Part shown: positions 27,901 through 39,400 of the stretch, piece by piece
How the letters are laid out: every line of letters begins with the position of its first letter
How positions within the stretch are numbered: the first letter of the stretch is position 1
Made by a program: the position numbers and the translations under genes
Origin: Bugula neritina
Taxonomy: Eukaryota; Animalia; Bryozoa
Assembly: GCA_964035545.1 (NCBI GenBank)
Contig: OZ037766.1
Coordinates: 27,139,673-27,203,672, forward strand
Direction: 5' to 3'
DNA length: 64,000 nt
The notes under the pieces: generated by a model
What the model was told of the DNA's origin: nothing
Databases searched by the model: none
What the model saw: only the letters and a program-made list of their open reading frames with translations

Positions 27901-30900
27901 AGCACATAATTGCTATAATTTTTTTATTGGGCCTCCCCAAACTTCACAGCACCCTATTGTCTTCAACAATAATAACATAATTATATGTAAAGTGTTAATT
28001 AAAAGTTTTTCTTCTTGCATAATTTAACAAAAGCCAAAGCACTTAAGTCACCATACAGCCAGTGCCATTCTTTATTTAAATATAGCTGCTGTGTAGTGCC
28101 ATTCTTTGTTTAAATAGCTGCTGTGTAGGTGAGAAGTTCCCATGGCTCTTCTACTAATACCCAGATCTATATCTGCCATTTATGATTTATTTCTAAAAAT
28201 TTAAGGTAATGCAAGACATTTTTAATAAATTGACATCAATATTGTAATGAGTTATTTTTATGAAACCTCAATTCTTATATAACAAAATCTACGTTTAGAT
28301 GGATACAACACACAAGTGACTTATTATTATGTTCTATTATCAAAACCTAAAACAGTAAGTTTATTTTAATATACTTTATCTTTTTCTAATGCATTTTGTG
28401 CTAAAATTGCTTGCAATGGCAGTGTAAAATTAGAAGTCGCAATCAAAACTAAATTTTCAGTTAGAAACTCTCTGGCACCCTATACGTAGTGAGCCTGGGG
28501 AGCCGAAAGCTCCACCAATTAGAAACTAAGAAATGTGGTAAACAATTTAAGGTACTCTCACCCTTTTCTCCAGACTTTGGCTGTTACTAATTATCACTTT
28601 TTAATTATATAAATGCTAATTAAACTTTAAGACTTATAGGAATAAAATGCTGTATGAGCAATATGTCATTAAAATTATTATTTAGTAGTGGTACATATAC
28701 AGAAAGCTCTGACTTGGAGATTTTCGCCAAATAACTAGCTTTAATCGAGTGATTTAAGCTGTATTATTTGACCTTGAACAAGTTTAACACTTTGAAAAAT
28801 AATATGTTCACTTCCATTGGTGATGTTAGGAGGAGCATCCAGTCATAGTTGCTCCTGTGCCTCATCTGAATAAGCCCTTAACCCAATTTAACAAAAAACC
28901 CTTTTCATGGGGGTTTCACAGGGATGGTGACTATAAACTTGCGCGAGTTTTTTTATGTGATATTTATAAAATCACGACGCCACACTTGATCACCTTACCT
29001 CATTGGTATATCTCTTAGATTGCACTGTACAAGTACCAGTTGCTTCAGCATACTCAGCTCTGAGATTGCTTCAGGCAATCCATTGGCAAAGTTTGCTTCG
29101 AATATTTGAAGGATCTGAAGGTTACTCAAAGCCTTGAACCTTTCCAAAATAAAATACAATCAGCAAAACAATATATGCAAACTTTATTTACAATGGTATG
29201 AATAAATTTTGTGTAAAACTCAACAAGTGAAACTTGCTGTGCATATTGTACTAAAAACAATATATACCATGCTAATCAAGTGGCAAATATCTGATGAAAC
29301 AAAAGCAATTCATTTTTAAATTCTATAAACTCGTGGCGATTTCTAATGAATGCATTTGTTTTCTGCTTCAATATAATTATTACCAATTTTAATATAGATC
29401 TATAATCTGCCAACCAATTTGCAAGTAATTTTTTTACCTCTATAGTCAGATTGTTTTTCTAGCTTTATCCGTCAATATGAAAATGTGCAAACAACTGCAA
29501 TTTTTAGAAAATTTTACAGTTCAGTAGCAAAATAGGCTTGTTTAAATAGAGCAATATAGTTATGGTACGTTGTTTTTAACAATTTTAAGAGCTTTTATAT
29601 AGGCAAATATTTATTACTTGTTTGAGTGTATATTGAGATATATTCTAGAATCTAGTGTAACATTATTAGCATGGGGGATTTCAAACTGCAGTTTTATCAA
29701 GTATTTGTTAAGTTAGTCATGTGACCAACTAACACTCAAGCATGTTTCATTTGACAAAAAATATTCGATAAAACACAGTATTTATAAGATCTTTTTACCT
29801 CTCTGGTAAGTCACGAAGTTGACAGCTAGCTAGTAGAAGTTTAGTTAGAGAGCTAAGGCTACATATGGCGTCTGGTAAACCCTTTGACATGTTGAATCCT
29901 CTTATTCCAATTTTTTTCAGCTTACGGAGAGATCCTAAACTGAATGCATACAGGCTATAATATTAATTCAAGAAATTCGAATTTGAACTGTTTTTAATAT
30001 GTAAACATCATAAGCATAACAAAAGCACCAGTTGAGCTATAACAAATTAACATTAGCATTCTGCTTCTATAAACAAAGGGCATTTCAATTAAATATGAAA
30101 GGCATAGTGAAAATTGACTTGCATGTACCAATTAGAGATTAATTTAATTTATAAAAGGTTTTATTTACATCAGGTTTCAAATACTAGGCTAATGTCCGGT
30201 TATATGTAGACTGCAATTCTCTGATCATATTACTACTTATAGCATTAGTTTTGTTATAATTAGGATTATATGTTTCCCTATGTCCTAATCAGGTGGTGGA
30301 TTAGATTATATAATTACGATAATTAGCATTGTTGTTACTATACCCATTATCAATTGTAATATAATAATTACTGTGTAGCAAAGAAGACTAGTGTGACTTA
30401 ACATAACACAAGTTATATACAAAAATACACTGTTTATTTTATTATTAAACAACTACACAATACTAGCCAGGGTGTATGGTTGGCAGCTATAAACGTATTG
30501 CTTCTTGCTCTATATTTTTGCAGCCTGAGCCAGTTTTTGCTTGCATTAGTTAGCTAAAAATGTTAAAAATTAATATATCAGATGATAAAGGAGGGTTTTT
30601 ATTGGAATTATATATTAAATTTTTTTTGCATTGAATTTACTTCAGATTCATCACTTTTCAGTGGTTCCTATAGTCACTTTTCAGAATTAATTATTATTTT
30701 GATCGTTTGACTGATTTAATAGGTGTTGCAGGAGTATTGGCAGCTTTCCAAAAACCATTGTTAAATGAAAGCTATTTACTGACAGTTTTAATAGGTGCTA
30801 GGTAAAACTCTAGCAGGTCAGTGTGTAGCTTATATATCACAGTTATACCAACATGCAATCTATATAAATTTAAACAATTGACCAATCATGTACACTTTTT

Positions 30901-31606
30901 CAATTAAGCTCATTTAAAGTTTGTAGCTACATTATGTATAATTAATTCAAAACTGTGTCATAAGTTATATAACTATATATAAAGTCATTTTTATTACCTA
31001 GGCAAGTCAGTTGGTTTTGTTACCAATTTCAAGTCATTAAGTGAGAAGATTCAAGAATTAACTTTTACTCTTACTTATACTCACCAGTCTAAAGGATAAG
31101 ATGTTTGTCTGTTTCCTACTAGTTTTATTCTAATAGCATTTGGGCATAAGAAATCTAATGGCAGCATATGTTGGTCAATTTGAGCGTATAGATGAGTGAT
31201 TTGGTAGGGGTGAACACTTCTAATTATAGTGTTATAGTCTTCAACAGTTGTTAGTTGACTTTCAGGTATATATGGCATTTTGTCAATCTCATCTTCCCCA
31301 CTATGCCTGTACCACAGCCTACAGCCTGTAAATAGCACCACAATCTCATCACATCATTTTAGTGTAACTTAGCATGTGACATAGCTTTGGTTATTGCATT
31401 GTTATAAACTGTTGCTCATAGTTGCATCCTCTAAATGCTTTGATAGAACATTTAATGTCGAAGCATATACTGTATTTAGATAGAAAGCAAGCCCAAGTAA
31501 AATGAAGCACGAATAAGAATTAATTACCTGAATCCGAGACAAGCTGTGTTGGTAAATCTTCTGTGTACACTTGTTGGGAATTTTCTTTGCTGGGAGTGTC
31601 CCCCAT
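21595..31606 (-). CDS. LRR-Roc-COR-caspase fusion protein (Roco family with C-terminal peptidase C14A), 12 coding exons, ~1265 aa
   Basis: Exons 31528-31606, 31085-31325, 29799-29939, 28999-29139, 25590-27607, 25391-25474, 25098-25258, 24753-24938, 23555-23777, 22977-23246, 22315-22424, 21595-21738; all GT-AG, all phases match, 3798 nt with no internal stop. LRRs (LPDAICSLSSLTKLLLASCQLRDLP, LSKLQHLEKLEISFNKFTHLP); Roc G1 GNFMAGKTS, G3 DFGGH, G4 THLD; COR (IPKIW, LRYFHDSGKIFWF, CSHC); caspase YPMN..KGRVLILDN, MSHG, GKPKLIIIQACSG, DDFFV, YVSTR..HGSCFI, RKLYFFP. Confidence 0.9.
23433..23515 (+). mobile_element. tRNA-derived SINE head or tRNA pseudogene inside a caspase intron
   Basis: TGGTGTAAAGG (A-box-like), TTGCAA loop, GGTTCGAACCCC (B-box), then a T-rich tract; stems too poor for a functional tRNA. 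Confidence 0.55.
25590..27607 (-). CDS. Exon 5 of the Roco-caspase: last LRRs, LRR cap, Roc GTPase and COR domain
   Basis: Corresponds to ORF 25576-27639. Roco-type LRR cap LELPPYSVCQQGLPAIRKYF; P-loop at 27271-27297; DFGGHEVY at ~27118-27141; THLD at 26923-26934. Acceptor ttacag| at 27607, donor CCT T|gtaaga at 25590. Confidence 0.93.
28068..28128. repeat. Short tandem duplication (~33-35 bp x2)
   Basis: AGTGCCATTCTTT(A/G)TTTAAA(TA)TAGCTGCTGTGT occurs twice head to tail. Confidence 0.85.
28815..28950 (+). mobile_element. SINE copy 2 (core and tail; head degraded), intronic
   Basis: GATGTTAGGAGGAGCATCCAGTCATAGTTGCTCCTGTGCCTCATCTGAATAAG...ACCCTTTTC...TCACAGGGATGGTGACTATAAACTTG matches the other two copies. 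Confidence 0.75.
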
Positions 31607-33629
31607 TATGGGAATCCAACAGGTTGTTTAACAAAAGACTACATTTTAAATTATGACTAGAAATACTGCATATAAGATCTGGTTTGTAAGCACAACCATG
31701 CTGATGTATTTCCTGCTAACACGACACTACATTGTGGCACTGTTCAGTCCCACATGTGACGTTCTGCAACATATTTGTGCTACATTTTATACTGAAGTGA
31801 TTACAAAATTATCTAAAGCCCAACACTTACACGATTGTGACCTGCATGAATGCTTTGCCAGCCAAAGAGAAACTTTCACTATGACAACAGTTCAAACAGG
31901 CTAAACTATTCAAATTAATTCCTCAGGAGAGAATAAAACACTGCCTGCAGGTATTCTTTTTTTTCCTTATCCTTTATTCTTGCTAATGAATAATATGCCT
32001 ATATTGTGTTATAACTCTATAGTTCTGATTAAATATTGATAGAATAAATTACATCACAAGCTAATAATAATAATATACAATAGCAAAAATATTGATCTGC
32101 GCATACTTTTCATTGAAATATTTGCATAATGTATTGATTGATCGCCTGATGCAATTTGATTAAAGGTTCTAGGCCAGTTTCTATATATAATATCGTGTTA
32201 CCATAAATCAAATACTTTGATTGAATTTGTTATTGCTAGTGTTTTAACAGCCAAGTCAAACAACTCATGCAAAAGCAGCTTTTATAAGCATATCATGCTT
32301 GTATAAAGACATTTTAATTGGACCCCCTATTTCATACTCTATGCACGGTATATGAAGTATCAGGTTCTACTTACCTACAGTCTGTGTAAGAGTCCCCCCT
32401 GCAGTCTTTACTTTCACTCTCACAACAGCCAATATCCAAGCCGTACAAGCTGGTAAGGCAGTTAGCCAATCACCTCATGTTAGCTTGTAGCTTATCTGCT
32501 AAAGACTATAAACCGCATTATATTCCAGTATAGTTAAGTAAAATTATAATAACTGCATAATTCATCAGAATATTTGGATCCCTACTTGATGTCATGGTGT
32601 TATAATGTAAATTTATTTCTATATGTTAGCAAAAGTATATTCATAGCTAATAGGCTATATCTTACCCTATTTGTAAATTAAGTGTTTCTTTATTGCTGAC
32701 AAACTAATTGCTTATTGAAGTAAATTTTTCAAATTGATATAATAGATGGTGTAAATATATACATTGTCAAAGTATTGGATGACCTCTTCTGTAATAAAAC
32801 AGTTCGTGTAGACATATCTAGCAAGTATAATATATTTAATAGTTGCATGTAGATTGCTAAGTCATTAACTTTTTGAACTGATGTATTTTGATAGAAAAAT
32901 ACCTCAACTCAATTTTATTACACAAAGCATTTATTTGATTATTACTTCAAAATATTGATATACTAAAACTTTGAAATAATCTTAAAACTTTAGAGAGATA
33001 AAATATTTTATGAATTCATTAGTTTTGGAGCTCTGTAAATCCACAGTATATAAGGTAAAACAGAAGAGAGTATTGATTTTAAAACCACAACTGGTTTAGA
33101 ACTTCAAAATTGCTGTTGAATATGAATCTAGGCTTTGATGTACAGGCAGACTATGCAATATAATTAATAACTTCAATCTTTAGTAATTAGTGCATCTAAT
33201 CAAAGTCACAGTTTCCTAGCAGTACAAACGTTTTGTGTTAGAGAATTGATTATAAAGAAAAGCATGCAGTATAATTAGGAGCACTGCTGAAGTTCTACCT
33301 GCCATGTCTGCAATACTCAGTAATGAGCTCATTCAGTCCTGCAACAAATAACCAATTTACACAGGTTTATGCATCTAAAACATAGTTAAGATACAATTAT
33401 AAGAAAACAAAATGCAAAATTCTATCATTTGCATATTGAGATTTTATTTAAAAGTATTTACTAATCAAATGAGGTTTGTTTTAATTGCAGCTAAAATTAT
33501 ACACGTCATTAGTTTATAAACTAAACTGCTGTAATTATGTAGCTGAATTATAGTTCATAGCTAGTTAGAGTCATGGAGATGAAACTCAGATGTTATTCAA
33601 CATCATGTATAAGTTTAAAATATAGTATG

Positions 33630-33835
33630 GAGCAAGGGCCGCGGTCTAGGGGTTGGCTTAATAAACCCAGATTCACAAGTTCGAATCCCAGTGAAGGCCG
33701 TTGATGATGCTAAGAAGAGCATCCAGTCACAATTGCTTCTATGCCCCATCTGAATAAGACCTTAGCCTACTTTGAAAAACCCTTTCCATTATTAGTTCTC
33801 ACGGGAATAGTGAGTATATAAACTTGTGTGAGTTA
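33630..33835 (+). mobile_element. SINE copy 3 (tRNA head, core and tail)
   Basis: CGGTCTAGGGG...AGTTCGAATCCC followed by GATGCTAAGAAGAGCATCCAGTCACAATTGCTTCTATGCCCCATCTGAATAAG. Confidence 0.78.
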
Positions 33836-34113
33836 TTATGTTAACAGTACTCAAGTTGCTATAGCAACAAGCAGCTGGGTAGAATATGCGCAGTATATAT
33901 GTAATAGGCAAATAAAACACTAAACAAATGTATTCTATCACTGCATGTGTTTCCATTGCTTCAACTAGATTAGTATGAATGCTTAATGCAACAATAGATA
34001 TGTGGTTGCAGTTTGTATTCTGGGTGTGGTTTCATTAAATGCAGCCGTTCCCAAAACATTGAGTGAACAACTCAAAGCATTAGAACAGCAGTGATTAAAG
34101 AGAGATGATAACT

Positions 34114-34719
34114 TTACCTGTCCTCGTCTAACTGGCCGTCTAGCTGGCCAACTATTTCTAACAGCGATTCGATGTAATCTACCACATGGTCCGACCCAGA
34201 CAGCCTGGCTTCATCTAAAGGGGTTGACCCAGCATTGTTTTTGTTGCCTAGTAACCTGGTGAGCTCATCTGATGACAAATCACCCAGCATGCACTGCACA
34301 ATGTTTAGGTGACCTTGAAAAGCCGCAAAGTGCAATGGGGTGTCACCGCCAGTAGAGTTCTTTATCTCTAGCAGCTTGCAAAAGTCTTCCCAGGGCATTA
34401 TAGTAGCCATCGCAGCAAAAATACAAACCTGTGCATTCTCAGCAGCTAAATGAAAGACGGTGAACCCATCCAATGAACTTCTTTGTTCGAAGATTTCGTA
34501 TAACCTTGTAGGTGTTATAAGATTTTCTATTAGATTGAAGATTTCTTTTTTACCGTCCATCAACATCCAGTGAACTATAGTGTGACCATCTTCATCTTGC
34601 TCTTTTAACGCTGCCACTCTCACGTCCATTGTTTTGCTCAGGAGTATATCTCTAAATCTATTTTTTTCATTACAAATCACTAAACCTTTTAATACGTGAT
34701 AAAATGGTGAAGTAGGCAT
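34114..34719 (-). CDS. Ankyrin-repeat-only protein (~201 aa, 4 ANK repeats)
   Basis: Repeats DEDGHTIVHW, SLDGFTVFHLAAEN, GGDTPLHFAAFQGHLNIVQCML, NNAGSTPLDEA. The ORF end coincides with a donor AG|gtaaag at 34118, so the true C-terminus may lie in a downstream exon (33329-33338 gives RTE*). Confidence 0.85.
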   Translation of the reverse strand: MPTSPFYHVLKGLVICNEKNRFRDILLSKTMDVRVAALKEQDEDGHTIVHWMLMDGKKEIFNLIENLITPTRLYEIFEQRSSLDGFTVFHLAAENAQVCIFAAMATIMPWEDFCKLLEIKNSTGGDTPLHFAAFQGHLNIVQCMLGDLSSDELTRLLGNKNNAGSTPLDEARLSGSDHVVDYIESLLEIVGQLDGQLDEDR

Positions 34720-36403
34720 TGTAGTTCTGACCCAAAACTAAAAGTACGCGCAAATCTGTTACAAGAACTGTTTTTAAATGTTTTGTAAAAATAGAACTGT
34801 ACTATATTTAAAGCCTAAAAAAGCTTTTTTCAACATCAATTAAACTTTGGCTTGTATAAAAAAAGCTCTAAAGTGTCATATATCTCATATTTATATTCTA
34901 CGCAGTTTTTTCTTCATTTTAAAAGGCATTTTTACATATCTCACATATACATATAATTAACAAGCATTGCCATAGTTTACTGAATTGTTTTTTTCTCTGG
35001 ATATACATATTAATAAAAGTATATTTCAGAATTGTTTTCTAGCTTCAAAAATCCTTTTAAAAAAAGTCAAATAATATATTATAACCAAAAAGCAACTATC
35101 AGCGCTATAATTATGTAACTTGCTTTAAAATTCACTTAAATTATATTCAATATAATTATTAGCTTATGCCATGCTTTCATGCATATACATGCAACTTCCT
35201 ACTTATTCTTTTCATGTACACTAGCAATGCTCCATTGCATAATTAGGTTGCCGAAAACTCTATTAAATTTCTACGCTTTAAATAAAATGAAATATTGTTG
35301 TACATCAAGTTATGAATAATTAAACATTTTTATATTATAATCAATAATTTAAGATTATATAATATAATATACTGTATATATAAGATAGTTCAATAATTAT
35401 TAGTACCTAATTTACTTTTATACCTTTTTTGAGATATAATAAAATTACATTTTCTTCAAAGTAGAATAGTATTTAATCTAAAATAATATTATTATACTAT
35501 AATATAATTATTCAGATGTTCTGATTGGCTCTTAATGTTTAAGAATTCAATTTAAATAAAGATTATTAGATACTGCCAGTGCAAGCTGGTACTTTCCACT
35601 TTATATATTAGTGGTGAACAAGAAGTCTAAGAAAGGCTGAAATATCTATCATAACTGCAGCAAGTAATTTGTCTTCTAAGGTAAAACAAATCTGCACTGA
35701 ACAGAAACTAAAATTAAGAAGACAATTCTATAATAATAGTTGTGTCATGCTGGCTAAAGATTCTGCTCTATTTTTAAGTAATCCAATTTATTATTCTCAC
35801 TTTCTAACAGCTGCAGTCTTTATTGTTTGATCAATTATTTTTTCTATCAAAACACTTCTTTTAATTTTTTTACTCATCATGTACTCTCATTATTCAACAG
35901 AATTTGTGTCCAAGTAGCATAATGAAGATGGGTTTTATACTCATTTTGATTTAAAATGAAATATATTTCTGAATTTTTAAAGCTAAGCACACTAAAAAAT
36001 TTCATTCTGTAAAACAAGATCTAGTGAATAGCATACATTCAGAATAAAATAGAATATTGAAGCAACTATTTTTAGTTTATTTAGTTTTTATATAAATTCA
36101 AAAGAGAAAATATCATTTTTAATAACAAATATCTTGTTTCACTAAAAATAGGCCTTTTATAATAGTCTAAAAGCAAATTTATGCATTTTAGGGATTTTTA
36201 GCAAATGCAAAAAAATCATCAAAATTTAAAAACCTAAAAATAGCCTATGTCTTTTATAGTCCAAAAGCAAAAATTAATGTAGCAACTGCTGTATAAATTT
36301 TATCAAAACCTAAAAATGTGTTATCTTTTGCAGTAATTAGAACTTGCTGATACACATAGATCACAATGTAGTATGGGGAAGCTTCTCTCCTTGTTTTGAA
36401 GAG

Positions 36404-39400
36404 CTACTCTGTTTGGTCACATACTTGACTCACTGGTGTTTTCAAGCAAATAGTTGGCAAAAGGATTAGCCCTGCCAACATTGTGGCACCTCCAGCTATG
36501 TAGTATGTTAATTCAAATCTATCACCACCAACGCTGAAGAAAAATGCTAAAACAAACAATAATTGTGTAACTTGCAATGAAAATAGGCAAAAGAATCACA
36601 TGCAATTGTAATATTAACATATGGCAAGTTACCAAGAATATATGAGATTCTCTTCAGATTTATAAATTATTCAAGTTTTTATAAAAAACTAATTTAGTAA
36701 GTGTTTGAGGTTTATCTAAATTTAATGCAGATTGGGTGTTAGATAAACATTTTAAAACAAAATTTAAAACAATAGTTTTAATCATTTACAAAGAGGTTAT
36801 TTGTAAAACTTTTTATAACTTTTCAAAACAGCACAAGTCTACAAAAGCACCAAAGCTGTTTGTCTTTTCTCATAGAGGAGTATTACTCTTAAAATAAAAT
36901 TTCATAGTTTGAATTTTGTAATATGAAGGTTATATAGTGCCAAGGTGATAAATGTTATAAAATAAGCACAATATCCAAATAATAATATGTAAGTTTTATT
37001 AGTATATAAAGCTATGATTTAGTGGCTAAAGTTCATAAAATAAAAGCCAAAAAATAAAGATCACTTGATAAAGGTCATAATAAAAAGATTGCAATATACT
37101 AGGATCATGATATACAGGTTGTGATATAAAATTATTTAATATAGAGTTGTATGATATAAAATTATATAGTATAGAGTTATATTATATAGAGTTATATAAG
37201 TTAGAGTTATATAATAGAGTTATATAATATAGAGTTATATAATATATTTATACAATATATAGTATAGAGTTATATAATACAGAGCTATATATAGTATAGA
37301 CCCATAATATAAAGTCGTAATATAAACGGTCATAATCTAAAAGTCATAATATAAAAGTCATAATAATATAAAGATTAAATATGCAAAATTGTTAGCTGTA
37401 CACAAAGCCTACCTGCAGCTGGAGATCCACATATCGTACCAACTCCAGCTGCAAGATTGGTGAGACCAAAGGCTGTATTTAAAAAGGGTTGGGGACTCAG
37501 AATGCTCGTTATCGTGGCAACGTTTGCCAGCTGAATGCCATAAAACAAACCATAGGATGAGCAGGTGATTGCAAGTGCTAAGAAACTGTTGCTGGACCCT
37601 GACGCATCTATGTTCATCAGACAAATACAAATACCGCTTAAAGTACAGGATATTATGTATATGTTGCTATGGTTACAGCGACACAGGCTGGGTAGAATAT
37701 TAAGCAATCTCCCAATCGCATTGCAAAGGCCGAGAGTTGACAAGATGTACACAGCTTGCTGATAAGATAAACCTTTTTGCTCCGCGTAGTCTGGTATAAA
37801 GACAAACACAATAGCCGATCCAAATCCAAACAAACAGTTACTGATCCAAAACAAAATAAATCTCCAAGAGCAAAGAGCTGTTAGCTGTTCTTTAATAGTA
37901 GTTGCCAGAGTTTGTTTCTGATTAATATGCTTTATTGTGATTAAGAGACCAGCCACAGAAATCTGAAGGATAACTCCTACATAATAGAATGGTTTAGAGT
38001 CAGTTATTGTCATGTACACTCCTTACAATAAGATTTGGTATAGCTGTGACCAGGTTCAACTGTTCATAACTCTATCTTAAGTACTTTAGTTTGGTTTAAC
38101 TCTGCATTTTGACAACTTTCTAGAACCCACATGTAAATGTACTAAAATACTACATTGTTATATGTAATTATTTGAATAGTAAATGTTTTGTTTTTAACTT
38201 AAATTTATTGGGATATTAAAGTTAGCTGGTAATAGTATTTCAAGCTTTCTAATTATCTTTGCACATACATACTTGAATTGTTATATAAGCAGCTCCATGT
38301 TAAAGGTTTTTGAGTGCAGTAGTTTGGGGCTCTCTAGTTTGGAGTTAAGGTTTAGTGAAACCCCAACTCCAAACTCAAGAGTGGCACTACTGCACTCATT
38401 CACCCTCTCAACTCGAAGCTGCCTATAGGACAAATCTACATAATTTAAGCTTAAAGTACCTGAAGTTGCTTTCACACTTTATACTTACCGGCTGTCATCA
38501 GATATGCCCCTCTCCATCCAAACAGGCCTATTGCCCATTTTATGTAGAGTGGCATTATTAGCGTCCCAACCCCAATGCCACTGAAACTGATGGTAAAGGC
38601 TACAGCTCTCCACTTTTTAAAATAATGTGAAAGTAAAGTTATAGAAGGTATGGATACAAATGATATTCCAGTACCTAAAATATAAATGCTCATTCAACTA
38701 CATAGTTGAAAAAACTTAATAGAATATTATAATATGATAATAAAAACAAAATGACAATTACTGAAAAATGAAGCCAGATAGGTAAAGTAACATGTAGGAA
38801 GAGCTAGTGCACAGAGCTCCATGGCTGTTTGTGCTTGCTGTGTTTGTATATCGCTGTAAAATCATGTTATTACAAATTGGTAACTGAAATACCTCCAACA
38901 ACTCCAACAGTGATGCATAGCATCCACACTTCAGTAGCGAATGTACCTAAAGCCACGCCTCCAGAAGCCAGTATAGCTCCTCCTACTATTGTCACTCTAT
39001 ATCCAACCTTGTCAGCTAACAGCCCAGCCAATGGGCCTATAGAGTATAATATATATGGGCATAAAGTATAATATATTTCTACACTGTTACTAAAATTGGT
39101 GATGTCATTAAATAATAATAAAAAGTGATTATACTTTACAAGCTAAGCACACAATACTTATTATTGTAGGCTGCAAAACTAACTGTTGCTGTAAGAACAG
39201 TTTACCTGCAAGAAATATAAAGCCAATCTGAAGTGAGCCAATCAGTCCAACAGATTTCCGGACTCCATTAAACTCCTCTAGCAGCACTGGAGTGAATGTA
39301 CCAGCTGACATGGCAGTGCCCACACCAGCAGTCTAACAATGTAAAGAGATGAAGCTTAATTATGTGAACAAGCAGGCAATAAAGGGAACTTAGAAAGAAA

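Noticed and set aside
38281-38475. Intronic ORF as an extra MCT loop exon
   Set aside because: Its acceptor phase is incompatible with exon 5, and the frame is shifted in copy B.
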